A DNA stretch of 64,000 bases, taken from IMG/VR virus record IMGVR_UViG_3300043567_000458. One strand, written 5' to 3'. Below the pieces are notes generated by a model that was given only the letters and a program-made list of their open reading frames with translations, was not told the origin of the DNA and did not search any database. Source of the DNA: a virus. Its lineage: Duplodnaviria; Caudoviricetes. The position numbers and the translations under genes are program-made. Of this stretch, positions 1 through 9,650 are shown one piece after another; position 1 is the first letter of the stretch, and every line of letters begins with the position of its first letter.

Positions 1-211
1 CCCCAATACACAGGCATAGGGGGTAGCCCTGTGTGATCTATGTCGGCATGTTTGAGTATTTCATCTAGGGTGTGACCCAAGGGTCTATTCACACACAGGC
101 CATGAGCACCTCGTTCATCGCTGTGGGTCAACATCAGCACTGAATCCCTGAATCGGGGGTCAGGCATGTTTGGGGGTGCTATCAGCAGATCAGTGGGGTT
201 TAGGGCCAGTG

Positions 212-697
212 TCATGACCAATCAGGTAAGGGTCCGCCGTATTTCTTGCCTTTGATCTTCTTGCCACGGACTTTGACTCGCTCTGAGCCCACTTTGTGAC
301 TCTTGCCGCCATCTCTGCTGCGATAGCCTTGACTCTTGCAGCTGGCAAGATTTGAAGCACCCAAGGCTGAGTCTGGCTTGCCGCTTTGGCACAGATCACG
401 ACTAGCAGGCTCTTCGCTGACTGCTGAATCCCCAGTAGTGATGCCCAAGATGTCATCGTTCAAAGGAAAGTTCAGTTCTTGGAAACGTTCTGGTAGTTCT
501 TGTGTGTCTATGATAAACTCCAGCTCCTCGGAGCTGGGATGTTCCTTCATTAGAACCTGTGCAGCAGCATCGTGTGCTTCTGCGTTGCTCCAAATGTCCA
601 CATCATAGTGTTCTTTATACAAGCTGGCCACAGCATCCATGACCAATCTGTAGTCACAGGTGAATATGTTCTCAGTGACGATTTCACGTATTTTCAT
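212..697 (-). CDS. Hypothetical protein with capsid-targeting-like N-terminus (MKIREIVTE) and basic C-terminal tail
   Basis: 161-aa ORF coupled to the 694..930 ORF; N-terminus resembles the T4 internal-protein targeting sequence. Confidence 0.7.
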   Translation of the reverse strand: MKIREIVTENIFTCDYRLVMDAVASLYKEHYDVDIWSNAEAHDAAAQVLMKEHPSSEELEFIIDTQELPERFQELNFPLNDDILGITTGDSAVSEEPASRDLCQSGKPDSALGASNLASCKSQGYRSRDGGKSHKVGSERVKVRGKKIKGKKYGGPLPDWS

Positions 698-930
698 GCT
701 AGTCGTGCTCCAATCATCACGCAGGATACCAATAGGTTCTTGATGTCTTGATCATCTGCTTGTGCGTTGAGTTGATCTGATCTAACCAGATCCTGCATGA
801 GCTCTTGATATTCTTCAAGACTCAGACCCCCACCCTCGTATTGCTGCATTATGGCCAGAGCCATTTGAGCACGTTCACGAGCCCATGGTGGTCCCGATTG
901 TGCTAGTTCATGTAGTTGTTGCATTACCAT
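694..930 (-). CDS. Hypothetical protein
   Basis: 78-aa ORF overlapping both neighbours in operon style. Confidence 0.65.
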   Translation of the reverse strand: MVMQQLHELAQSGPPWARERAQMALAIMQQYEGGGLSLEEYQELMQDLVRSDQLNAQADDQDIKNLLVSCVMIGARLA

Positions 931-1313
931 CTCCCTAGTATGCCCGCAGCTGCTCGCTGGGCCTGTTGTTGCATGACGGTTCGTTTGAGTTCACAGTATG
1001 TGACACTGGCCTGGCCCTTGGATGTGCGTGTATACATGTCTTCCACTGTGGCCTGCATGGGTGCGATCAATCGGATCACATCCTTTTGTAAAGCACCTTT
1101 GCTAGCACTGTAGAGTTCAAACCAACGCAGGTCATCACGTATGCGAGTGATCTGAGCCAGTTGATCCCCAGCACAGTTGAGTCGATCTATGCCCAGTCTA
1201 ACGTCCACAATACGAGCACTTTGATTGTCGTCCCAGAAGCTGGGTATCCATGTCTGCATGCCAGCACAGCCTGTGAGCATGACAGTAATAATAAGTGTGG
1301 TAAAGAGTCGCAT
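924..1313 (-). CDS. Putative lipoprotein
   Basis: Signal peptide with lipobox LTG-C (MRLFTTLIITVMLTGC); TAAATA 5 nt upstream of the ATG. Confidence 0.75.
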   Translation of the reverse strand: MRLFTTLIITVMLTGCAGMQTWIPSFWDDNQSARIVDVRLGIDRLNCAGDQLAQITRIRDDLRWFELYSASKGALQKDVIRLIAPMQATVEDMYTRTSKGQASVTYCELKRTVMQQQAQRAAAGILGRW

Positions 1314-1372
1314 GTAGATATTTAGCGGAGTGTGCAGGCTTTTTGCTATTTCGGCATTGATTGTATCATGAC

Positions 1373-3100
1373 TTAAGAGTATTCGTAAACAACAATAATT
1401 CCGTCACCGCCAGCAGTAGCCGCAGCAACATACCCGGCGCCTCCGCCACCGCCACCATATATACCAGCAGTTCCTGCTGTAACGTAACCAGCTCCTACTC
1501 CAGCCACGCCAAAAAATGCTGGAATACCCCCAGTTCCACCTATGCTGTTAGCAATTGAAAGACCCGAAGCTTGCCCACCAGGTATGTTTAAGTCTCCGCC
1601 GGTTGCTGTTCCACCTGCACCGCCCACTGGATATCCGCCACTATTACTACCAGGACTGCCGCCACCAGCAGTTATTGTCCCAGCTGGATTAGAAAAAGTT
1701 GAACTTGCTCCAGACCCCCCTGCTGCTCCTCCTGCACCTACAACTCCACTAATTGAAGCTATAGATGTCACATCTATCATCTTAACTGCACAACCCCCGC
1801 CCCCGCCCCCGGGTGCTGATGAACCGTTGTAAACCACACCTCCACCTCCACCCCCGATAACATACACGTATATTTTATTAATTCCCACGGGTTTGGTCCA
1901 GGTGATTGCCCCAGCTGTGGTAAAATACTGCACAGAAACAAATCCTCCTACTGCGGCCCATGTGTTGTCGCCTCTCAAATAGGTGCTGGCACTGGCTGTG
2001 CCTGAGGATCCCAGTCGTGCCACGGGCACTGTTCCCGATGTTAATTGGGTGGCGTTGAGTGCAGTTAAATTCACCCCCGACACTGTGGGCAACGTGGCTG
2101 GAAAACGTGCATCAGCCAAAGTGCCCGTGGTTATCTGTGCAGCGTTGAGTGCAGTGATTAAGCTGCCGTCGCCACTGAAGTTGGTGGCTGTGAGTAGACC
2201 TGCATCTGATATTGTTACAGCACTGACCTGTATTAGAGTTCCACTGGTGCCATCATAACGAACCACGCTGTTGTCTACATAGCTGCCACCCTGGCTTATA
2301 ACATCGCCCGAACCTGGTCCTGACGGTCCAGTAGGACCCTGTGGACCTATCACAGAACCTAGATTTACTGTTGAACTATCCCCAAACATGACTATGAGAT
2401 TGCCAGAGCCATCCACTTCAAAAGAACTCACATTCAAGGGACTTGTCCCTGGGAGGCCTTGGGGTCCTGCCACACCCTGTGGTCCTTTGACATTGCCTAG
2501 ATTCACTGTTGAACTATCCCCAAACATGACTATGAGATCGCCAGAGCCATCTACTTCAAAAGAACTCACGTCCAGGGCATTTTGGCCAGCAGGACCCTGT
2601 GGCCCTACCACACCCTGCGGCCCTGTAGCACCAGTGGGACCTTGGGGCCCTACGGGACCTTGAGGGCCTACCACAGTCTGTGGCACAACAGCGGCAGCGG
2701 TCACAGTGGCTGCGCCAGCTGAGCCCATCACAGCAGTCAGCAGTTGACCCTGTCCGGTAGTCACATGTCTAGCTTTGTCCACGGGTTGTTGGCCTGACTG
2801 TATGGATCTACCCTGAGCCCTTAACACAGCCACTGCCTGTGTCCAAGCTGTAGTCCAAGCGGTGGTGTTGGTCAAGGTCGTGCTGCCTATGATTATCTGA
2901 CGAATCTGCTGCGGTGGAGTCAATTGGGGTGGCTGATCATGTGTGATCAAGTTTTTTCCGCTGAATTTGAGATTTACCAACCGGCCAGCTTCAGTGATGT
3001 TCTGTGCCTGAGGATTCAGTGCTATACTGCTGCTACCTGTAGTGAGATAGCTGGCTAGTATGGCCAGCTCTGTGCTGGTAAAAGCAATGGTCTGACTCAT
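1373..3100 (-). CDS. Collagen-like tail fibre / receptor-binding protein with glycine-rich C-terminal domain
   Basis: 575 aa; Gly-X-Y runs (GPQGPVGPQGPTGATGPQG); duplicated SSFEVDGSGxLIVMFGDSSTVNLG module; LNAAQITTGT/LNATQLTSGT repeats; GGGGG-rich C-terminus. Confidence 0.75.
   Translation of the reverse strand: MSQTIAFTSTELAILASYLTTGSSSIALNPQAQNITEAGRLVNLKFSGKNLITHDQPPQLTPPQQIRQIIIGSTTLTNTTAWTTAWTQAVAVLRAQGRSIQSGQQPVDKARHVTTGQGQLLTAVMGSAGAATVTAAAVVPQTVVGPQGPVGPQGPTGATGPQGVVGPQGPAGQNALDVSSFEVDGSGDLIVMFGDSSTVNLGNVKGPQGVAGPQGLPGTSPLNVSSFEVDGSGNLIVMFGDSSTVNLGSVIGPQGPTGPSGPGSGDVISQGGSYVDNSVVRYDGTSGTLIQVSAVTISDAGLLTATNFSGDGSLITALNAAQITTGTLADARFPATLPTVSGVNLTALNATQLTSGTVPVARLGSSGTASASTYLRGDNTWAAVGGFVSVQYFTTAGAITWTKPVGINKIYVYVIGGGGGGVVYNGSSAPGGGGGGCAVKMIDVTSIASISGVVGAGGAAGGSGASSTFSNPAGTITAGGGSPGSNSGGYPVGGAGGTATGGDLNIPGGQASGLSIANSIGGTGGIPAFFGVAGVGAGYVTAGTAGIYGGGGGGAGYVAAATAGGDGIIVVYEYS
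2358..2569. repeat. Two near-identical 74-bp direct repeats inside the fibre gene (2358-2431 and 2496-2569; period 138 bp)
   Basis: cctagatt(t/c)actgttgaactatccccaaacatgactatgagat...ttcaaaagaactcac occurs twice. Confidence 0.9.
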
Positions 3101-3322
3101 TTATTCAGGCCAATCGCAGGCCACTATCATTGCGCCCAAAGCTGCTTCTGCACGAGGGATACTGGGCTCATCATGAGGTTGATCATAGACTGCCAGCTGA
3201 TAACGAACATTGGGTGCAGAACCCACAGTTATCACCAAGCTGCGATTATCAGGCTCTGCTGCCCATGCTTGTATCGCAGCAAGATCTTCATGTCGGGGAA
3301 TATCATAGAGTTGACGGTTCAT
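3101..3322 (-). CDS. Hypothetical protein
   Basis: ORF track 3101..3340; start moved to ATG 3322 because TAAATA lies 4 nt upstream. Confidence 0.65.
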   Translation of the reverse strand: MNRQLYDIPRHEDLAAIQAWAAEPDNRSLVITVGSAPNVRYQLAVYDQPHDEPSIPRAEAALGAMIVACDWPE

Positions 3323-3394
3323 CTTGTATTTACACCACACAGGTTAATTTTGTAGCTGCGAAGCAGCAGCGCGAGATTGTTGTGCAGAGAATTT

Positions 3395-3640
3395 TTACAC
3401 ATAATCCTCGCCAGGAACACGATGTATGATATCCCAGTAGCGTAACACAAACTCTGATTCTAATGTGCTGTCAGTGGGTATCCAATATCTGCAACGATTC
3501 AAATGAACTTCCTGTGGCAGGTTATTAGCCTGTGCCCAAGACCAAGCAGAGTCACCGCCCGACGCCAAGTGTTCATTGAGTATGCCATAACAGCGCATGG
3601 GTTCTTGCACTGTGCGTTCTGATGGTGTTAGTTTGCGCAT
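3395..3640 (-). CDS. Hypothetical protein
   Basis: ORF track 3395..3814; start moved to ATG 3640 (MRKLTP) because TAAATA lies 5 nt upstream. Confidence 0.6.
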   Translation of the reverse strand: MRKLTPSERTVQEPMRCYGILNEHLASGGDSAWSWAQANNLPQEVHLNRCRYWIPTDSTLESEFVLRYWDIIHRVPGEDYV

Positions 3641-3704
3641 GAGAGTATTTAAGTTTTTACTGAGCGCAGAAGCCCATAAACAGGAAGGGCAATTAAATAT
3701 TAAC

Positions 3705-3875
3705 ATGAGCACAGAGTATAGCATACGCACAGATTGGGATGCATATGGTGAACGATACACTGTGCTGAAGAACAATCGTGTGGTGATCATCACTCGCTGT
3801 AGAAGCATCATCACTAAATGGTTTCCCCTAATGTGGATGGATACTAGTGGGATACCTGATGTGGTAGGGATCTAG
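3705..3875 (+). CDS. Small hypothetical protein
   Basis: ATG 3705 (MSTEYS) lies 5 nt after TAAATA at 3694-3699, divergent from the 3640 gene. Confidence 0.5.
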   Translation: MSTEYSIRTDWDAYGERYTVLKNNRVVIITRCRSIITKWFPLMWMDTSGIPDVVGI

Positions 3876-4071
3876 CATAATTACGAGACAACATAAAGGA
3901 CTGGCATATGACGACTTGGCTATTGGTATTTTGGTTGCAGTATCCGGAAAATCACACAGTGTATACAGAGTATAAGACTGAACGAGAGTGTAGAGATGCA
4001 GAGCACTTATGGCAGCGCAGACTGAACATAGTGGGTTCACAGCTGAGAGCGGAGTGCAGGGAGAAACGATT

Positions 4072-4230
4072 ATGAAATGGCTGATCTTCCTGATATACTG
4101 GATCAGTCTAGTATATACAATGCGACAGGGTGATCTATGGATGTGGTTGATACTGATGCCTTCATTCTTGTTGCTGTGGATGTGGGCTGAGGAACAAGAT
4201 CAGGACAATGGCCCCGCTGCAATGGATTAG
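4072..4230 (+). CDS. Small membrane protein
   Basis: MKWLIFLIYWISL... two hydrophobic stretches and an acidic tail. Confidence 0.45.
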   Translation: MKWLIFLIYWISLVYTMRQGDLWMWLILMPSFLLLWMWAEEQDQDNGPAAMD

Positions 4231-4810
4231 CGTATATGCGTTTACACGCATAATTGCACAGTAAATGCAGAAAAGTGTGATTTACTGTTGGCCTGAATGC
4301 GTATAGAGGCCGCTAAAGCAGCCGTGGGAGACAGAACTGGTGGGAAAAGTGTGACAAAGTGCAATAAAGTGTGGAATTGTGTGACCATTTGAGCAATGCC
4401 TCTCCAACCACCGGTCTTGACTCTGCAAACACTATAGATTCTACCCTAGGATCAGTCTCGTTTGAACCGTTTGAACCATTCTTCCACCATGAAATCAGCG
4501 TCGTCAACTGGATACCAGCTCGTATACAGTGGCCCCGCTGCAGGGGTTATGGTGTCATAGTGCTCTACACTAGCTTGTAGTATGTGTGTATGATGTCATA
4601 TACAGTAGCGTGATCAACTCTGAGTCTACGTGCTACCATATCTATACAGTGGTCTTGTTGCCAGCTTTCTCTTACACTGAGATAGAACAGTCTATTCATA
4701 CGCCGATAACGCTTGAGCTAGGTGATCTGTTAACATAGGCCCCGCTGCTGTATATACTAAAATAGCCAAAAACCATTGACACGCTGTCAAAAGTATCGTA
4801 TAATATACAC

Positions 4811-5128
4811 ATGCTTAAGAAAAGAGCACTAGCTAGGAGCAGAGAAATGACATTACCAGATGAAAGATACCGTGCAGTCAAGAATACCATGGAGTTTCTC
4901 ATTAGGTTAAGTGCCGGAGAATACCCACGTGTGCCCAAGGCAGTTCGTGAAGAAGCACGATCATTGCTGCGACACTATCCCAACACCTGGGACATGCAAC
5001 GTGCAGCAGAGGGGGCACCAGAGATATTCCAGGAACGCATGGAAGATCTACACAGATTCGTAGCTGCGGGATCACGTCAAGCAGCGGACAACGAAGCGGA
5101 ACTCTTGAGAGGATACCGAGAGTTGTAA
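4811..5128 (+). CDS. Conserved hypothetical protein (BPSL0761-like)
   Basis: TLPDERYRA...PRVPKAVREEARSLLRHYP resembles that family as recalled; ATG 6 nt after the -10 box. Confidence 0.7.
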   Translation: MLKKRALARSREMTLPDERYRAVKNTMEFLIRLSAGEYPRVPKAVREEARSLLRHYPNTWDMQRAAEGAPEIFQERMEDLHRFVAAGSRQAADNEAELLRGYREL

Positions 5129-5135
5129 CAGTTTC

Positions 5136-5213
5136 GGGCCCCTAGCTCATGTTGGTTAGAGCAGTGGACTCATAATCCATTGGTGCCGAGTTCGACTCTC
5201 GGGGGGCCCACCA
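5136..5213 (+). tRNA. tRNA with CAU anticodon (likely Ile2, lysidine-modified; elongator Met not excluded)
   Basis: Acceptor GGGCCCC/GGGGCCC + A + CCA; D stem GCTC/GAGC; anticodon arm GTGGA-CTCATAA-TCCAT; T arm CCGAG-TTCGACT-CTCGG; no initiator C1:A72 mismatch. Confidence 0.92.
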
Positions 5214-5218
5214 CACAG

Positions 5219-5295
5219 CAGCCCTTAGCTCAGTTGGATAGAGCAACAGCCTTCTAAGCTGTAGGCCACTGGTTCGAATCCAGTAGGGCTGGCCA
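5219..5295 (+). tRNA. tRNA-Arg(UCU)
   Basis: Acceptor CAGCCCT/AGGGCTG + G + CCA; anticodon arm ACAGC-CTTCTAA-GCTGT; T arm ACTGG-TTCGAAT-CCAGT. Confidence 0.95.
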
Positions 5296-5591
5296 GATCA
5301 ACAGCAGCACAGCAGCAGAGAGAGAACTAGCATGTATCAGCATCCAAACCCCATGGATCCCTTTGATGGCGTCAAACGTTGGTATCGCGGGTTATGGCCC
5401 GCGCAGCGTGTGGGAGTGTGGCTGTGCTGCGCTGTAGCTGTATACCTAGCATTCCAGTGGGTCACCATGAACCCTTAGACCGCAGCGAGATCCTGAGAAA
5501 CCCAGGAACCCTAAGGGTCATAGGGTCTTTTCCCGTTTGGTTGACAACATGCTCGAATGCTGCTATAATACATTTTTAACAGGAGCACACA

Positions 5592-5930
5592 ATGATCAAA
5601 GTCAACGCAACACTGCACACAAGCGGTGGGGGCTACTGGAGCAATACTAAAGCTGCTGTAGACATCACCCATCTGCAACTAAGCTACACAAACGATGAGC
5701 TGGACTTCGGCGAGCTGCGGGTGCGTTTTACAGCAGCAAGCTGGGATGTCAACAAGCTGGGTCTCATATACACAGATAAACAGTTTATGACAGAGCTTAA
5801 AGAGTTGTTAACTAGCATGGGCTTTGATGCTAGCGATGTCAGCTACAGCGAGCAGGGCATGCAGGGGGACACCTACGTAAGCTGCGATGTGGGGGAGCTG
5901 TTTATTAACACGTACATGCAACACGCATAA
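5592..5930 (+). CDS. Hypothetical early protein
   Basis: 112 aa; own promoter and AGGAG RBS. Confidence 0.85.
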   Translation: MIKVNATLHTSGGGYWSNTKAAVDITHLQLSYTNDELDFGELRVRFTAASWDVNKLGLIYTDKQFMTELKELLTSMGFDASDVSYSEQGMQGDTYVSCDVGELFINTYMQHA

Positions 5931-5997
5931 CCCTAGGGCCCGTAAGGGCTTTGACATTTTGGTTGACACTTTGGTGAAAAGGTGCTATAATTATAAC

Positions 5998-6336
5998 ATG
6001 AACTTAGAAAAGCCCACCCGCAAAAAACGAGTAGACCGCACTCATATCATCTATGAGCTACGTGTCAACGGAGACAACTACATAGGAGTCACTGCCAAAA
6101 CAGAGACTACTATTAATAAGTCAGTTCTTGCTCGTGCAGCCAAGCACTTCTATCGTGCCAAACGTGAGAACAAGGACTGGCTGTTGTGCAGAGCCCTTCG
6201 TGGTCTCAACGACAAGAGCGAGATCGAAGTGTTGGTTCATGAAACACTGCGCGGCAAGGCAGCTGCCCACAAGCGTGAGGTAGAACTACGTCGCGCAATT
6301 AACCCTACACTGAACACGGATGTTCGTGGGGACTGA
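5998..6336 (+). CDS. Small GIY-YIG-like nuclease
   Basis: IIYEL...NYIGVT motif with downstream R (LARAAKH) and E (AHKRE); ATG 5998 is 6 nt after TATAAT. Confidence 0.65.
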   Translation: MNLEKPTRKKRVDRTHIIYELRVNGDNYIGVTAKTETTINKSVLARAAKHFYRAKRENKDWLLCRALRGLNDKSEIEVLVHETLRGKAAAHKREVELRRAINPTLNTDVRGD

Positions 6337-6389
6337 TTGACAGCGTGGCAAAACACTGCTATAATACACACATGTTAACAAGGAGCGAT

Positions 6390-6560
6390 ATGATTACAGA
6401 AGACATTAACGTTATCGAAGGCATCAAAGCCCGTTTGAATACAGGCATGCTGGAGACCATGATCTACATTGATGCTAACTCAGAAGAGTTCACCCTAGCA
6501 GAGCTTAGGGCCTACTTTAGAGTCAAAGCAGAATTCCAAAAATTGTTTGAACCAGCCTAA
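6390..6560 (+). CDS. Hypothetical early protein
   Basis: Own promoter; AGGAGCGA RBS before ATG 6390. Confidence 0.75.
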   Translation: MITEDINVIEGIKARLNTGMLETMIYIDANSEEFTLAELRAYFRVKAEFQKLFEPA

Positions 6561-6571
6561 GGAGACCCAGC

Positions 6572-6781
6572 ATGGCACAGGTAGAAGGCAAGACCGTCAA
6601 GGTCGGTGATTGGGTAGGCTTCAAGGCTGATGTTGAACAATGTGGGCAGATCATAGAGATCAAGAGCAGCTACATGGGACATGCTCTGGTCCTAGAGAAC
6701 AAGGCAGGGTTCCACGGTGACTACATTGGTGGGCAAACAATAACCACAGAGCAGGCCAGGGATTGTTGGCTTGAAGGTTGA
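6572..6781 (+). CDS. Hypothetical early protein
   Basis: 69 aa; AAGGAG RBS; stop codon overlaps the next -35 box. Confidence 0.75.
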   Translation: MAQVEGKTVKVGDWVGFKADVEQCGQIIEIKSSYMGHALVLENKAGFHGDYIGGQTITTEQARDCWLEG

Positions 6782-6839
6782 CAGAACTGCCGTTTGGTGC
6801 TATAATAGACACTTACACTAACAAACATAGGAGCGAACT

Positions 6840-7109
6840 ATGAAAGCATTAGAGAAGTTTATAGAGCAGAAGAATCACTGGAACTCATTCTTCAAAGGCG
6901 AGCAATACGAGATCGCCACAGCCCAGGGTCGTCAACGAGTAGCGGACATGATTGACTCTGCACTAAGTCCAGAGAACCTTACATGTGATGGTGAGCTGAG
7001 CAGAACAGAAGTCCAGCGCCGTTACAGGGAATTGATGACAGCTGCCAAGCAGTTGAAGAAGTTGGATCCGTCAGTTACATTCTACGAATACTCAGAGGAG
7101 ATTGCATAA
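6840..7109 (+). CDS. Hypothetical early protein
   Basis: 89 aa; own promoter and AGGAGCGAA RBS. Confidence 0.85.
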   Translation: MKALEKFIEQKNHWNSFFKGEQYEIATAQGRQRVADMIDSALSPENLTCDGELSRTEVQRRYRELMTAAKQLKKLDPSVTFYEYSEEIA

Positions 7110-7543
7110 TGGGCACACGATCAAGAGTAGCAGTCATGCATGGCGATGTCTGTAAAAGCGTCTACTGCCACTACGACGGCTATCTGGACTACACAGGGCG
7201 CATTCTGTTGAGCCACTATGATTCCACAGCAGCAAATGCTCTGATTGCACGTGGGGACAATTCGGGCGTCAAAGAGACCCTAGAGGAAATGAACTTCTAC
7301 GAGGATCGGGAAGCTGAGGGTGAGGACGTTGAAGAGTTTGTTAACAGCACTCCCTGGGCTGTGGCACACTCATTCGAAGAGTTCCTCGATCAGGTCCAGG
7401 GTTGCTATGGTGAATACTACTATGTCATGCGGGACGGAGTATGGTATGCGGGTGCTGTATACGAAACTGAGGGCTTGATCAAGAACGGTTTGGTAGCACT
7501 CAAAGACGCAATTGCTGCGATAGAAGCAGCAGATGTGGCATAA
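7109..7543 (+). CDS. Conserved phage hypothetical protein (MGTRS...YCHYDGY type)
   Basis: 144 aa; translationally coupled; GGAG RBS. Confidence 0.8.
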   Translation: MGTRSRVAVMHGDVCKSVYCHYDGYLDYTGRILLSHYDSTAANALIARGDNSGVKETLEEMNFYEDREAEGEDVEEFVNSTPWAVAHSFEEFLDQVQGCYGEYYYVMRDGVWYAGAVYETEGLIKNGLVALKDAIAAIEAADVA

Positions 7544-7632
7544 AAACAACAGGCCACAAACAGGGGTTGACAACTCCCCTGTTTGAGTGCATAATAGAGA
7601 CTATGTTAACAACACACACAGGAGCGAAATCC

Positions 7633-8733
7633 ATGCGTATCACACTAAGCCAAGGCCAATACGGCGCCAAAAGCAATCAGATCTATCCCGGCATTGAGCT
7701 GGATATGGTTGGGGACTTTGTCACAGAAGCCAACAACGGTTGGGAAGGCTACATCAAGGCTCGTTCAGGCTACAACATCAAGGGTGGCGGTGAGACCTGT
7801 AAGGTCTGGTGCAACCAAAGTGACATTGCTACCATGGCGGCTCCTGCTGGTGTTACCATGTTGCAGGCTCTGGCTAAACCCGCTAAGGCTGGCAAGAACG
7901 ATGCTACTGTTACAGACTTTAGCCAGGTCAAAGTGCCAGACTCTGCTGTCGCAGACGAAACTGATGAGCAGATCATTGAGCGCACTAGACTGCGCTTTGA
8001 GATCCTCAAGGACATGACCAAAGCAGTCAAGACTGGTGACGTTCGTGCTATGATTGTCACAGGCCCTCCAGGTGTGGGCAAGAGCTTTGGTGTTGAAGAA
8101 GTTCTAGCCAAAGATGACCTGTTCGATCTCATGGGACAGCGCAAGCCCAAGTATGAGATCGTCAAGGGTGCTATGAGTGCCATTGGCCTGTATAGCAAGC
8201 TCTACAAATACAGTGATCCCAAGAACATCATTGTGTTCGATGACTGCGACAGCATTCTTTTGGACGACGTTGCACTTAACATTCTCAAGGCCGCTTTGGA
8301 CACTTCAAAGAAGCGTACCATTTCGTGGAACACTGACAGCCGTGTGCTACGCTCAGAAGGAGTGCCTGACAAGTTTGATTTCAAGGGCGGTGCTATCTTT
8401 ATCACCAACTTGAAGTTTGAGAATGTTCGCTCTAAGAAACTGCAGGAGCACTTGGCGGCATTGGAGTCACGCTGTCACTTCATCGATCTGCGCATGGACA
8501 CAGACCGTGAGAAGGTTCTGCGTATCAAGCAGATCGTCAAAGACGGCATGTTGGACTCCTATGAGCTTGAGGATGTTGCTAAGGACGAGATCGTGGACTT
8601 CATCCTTGAGAATCGTAGCCACATGCGAGAGCTGAGCCTGCGAACTGTTTTGAAGTGTGCAGACTTGAAGAAGAGCTTCCCTACTAACTGGCAGAACATG
8701 GCCAAGGTCACTGTTATGAAGGGCATGGCCTAA
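7633..8733 (+). CDS. AAA+ family ATPase
   Basis: Walker A GPPGVGKS, Walker B IIVFDDCD, SRC motif; AGGAGCGAA RBS before ATG 7633. Confidence 0.85.
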   Translation: MRITLSQGQYGAKSNQIYPGIELDMVGDFVTEANNGWEGYIKARSGYNIKGGGETCKVWCNQSDIATMAAPAGVTMLQALAKPAKAGKNDATVTDFSQVKVPDSAVADETDEQIIERTRLRFEILKDMTKAVKTGDVRAMIVTGPPGVGKSFGVEEVLAKDDLFDLMGQRKPKYEIVKGAMSAIGLYSKLYKYSDPKNIIVFDDCDSILLDDVALNILKAALDTSKKRTISWNTDSRVLRSEGVPDKFDFKGGAIFITNLKFENVRSKKLQEHLAALESRCHFIDLRMDTDREKVLRIKQIVKDGMLDSYELEDVAKDEIVDFILENRSHMRELSLRTVLKCADLKKSFPTNWQNMAKVTVMKGMA

Positions 8734-8734
8734 T

Positions 8735-8950
8735 ATGAGTGAGTGCCAATACATAGGGTCAGAGCAGACCAAGTGGCCCTACACTATGTGTGGACAAAAG
8801 AATCTTGAGGGCAAGAGCTATTGTGCAGATCACTATTGGGTGGTCTACAAGAAAGGAAGCTCTAACCTCAAGACCAACACCAAGGCCATTGATGCAGAGA
8901 TCGCAGAGCTGAAACGGCTACAAGAACTCGAGGAGATTGAAAATGTTTGA
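8735..8950 (+). CDS. Small Cys/His-containing protein (possible Zn-binding)
   Basis: C4, MCG and YCADH residues; coiled-coil tail. Confidence 0.6.
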   Translation: MSECQYIGSEQTKWPYTMCGQKNLEGKSYCADHYWVVYKKGSSNLKTNTKAIDAEIAELKRLQELEEIENV

Positions 8951-9143
8951 TAGTATCGTAAAGGTCACCGTGGCCATAGCACTGATCATCCTGCTATTGG
9001 CCATTGGACCCTGGTTGGTGATTTGGGCCCTGAATACTCTGTTCCCTGTGCTGGCTATCCAGTTCACATTTTGGACATGGTGTGCTGTGGTTATCTTGGG
9101 CACGTTCTTTCGAGCGAATGTGTCTGTAAAACGGAAGGATTGA
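8937..9143 (+). CDS. Small membrane protein
   Basis: Two to three hydrophobic helices. Confidence 0.7.
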   Translation: MKMFDSIVKVTVAIALIILLLAIGPWLVIWALNTLFPVLAIQFTFWTWCAVVILGTFFRANVSVKRKD

Positions 9144-9221
9144 GCTTGACCTTAGATCAGCGTTCTGTTATTATAATAAAACGCTGATGAAGTTCAGCTC
9201 AACAACAAAGGAAACTTAAAC

Positions 9222-9491
9222 ATGAAACGTTTCAATCCAGAAACAAAGACTTTCAAGGTCTTCAACGCACTCTACAATGGTGCAGCTCTTACAGCAGCTC
9301 AAGCTCGTAAAATGGGTGTAGGCAACCTGTCAGCAGAAGTCAGCCGCATCAAGCAGAATGGTTATGCTGTTTATGCTAACCAACGCACAGCAGGCAATGG
9401 CGTGACTGTCACAGAATACGTGATGGGCCAGCCAAGCCGTGAAATCGTTGCTCTAGGCTACAAGGCCAAGGCATTGGGCATCACTCTTTAA
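9222..9491 (+). CDS. Putative winged helix-turn-helix DNA-binding protein
   Basis: LTAAQARKMGVGNLSAEVSRIKQNGYAVY pattern; AAGGA RBS; followed by hairpins and a terminator. Confidence 0.6.
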   Translation: MKRFNPETKTFKVFNALYNGAALTAAQARKMGVGNLSAEVSRIKQNGYAVYANQRTAGNGVTVTEYVMGQPSREIVALGYKAKALGITL

Positions 9492-9536
9492 TTAGGGTTT
9501 CAAAGACAAGCCGATTCGCTCCCGGGGCGTCTTTGG

Positions 9537-9570
9537 AGGGTGTTGTGTAAAAGCAACACCCTTTTTCTTT
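9537..9570 (+). terminator. Intrinsic terminator
   Basis: AGGGTGTTG/CAACACCCT stem followed by a T-rich tract. Confidence 0.8.
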
Positions 9571-9650
9571 GGCCGGCACTCTCCAAAAGAGGTTGACAGA
9601 TTGGATAAATGATAGTATACTAGCATCATAGTAAGAACTTAGGAGCGAGT

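Noticed and set aside
5136-5295. tRNA as prophage attachment site
   Set aside because: No duplicated tRNA 3' end and no integrase in the window; all flanking genes are phage-type.
5296-5335. CAG/GA simple repeats after the tRNAs, as a possible third tRNA or ncRNA
   Set aside because: No cloverleaf or T-loop motif; low-complexity spacer.
5951-5956. Extra TTGACA 12 nt upstream of the 5963 promoter
   Set aside because: No -10 box at 17-nt spacing; not counted as a promoter.
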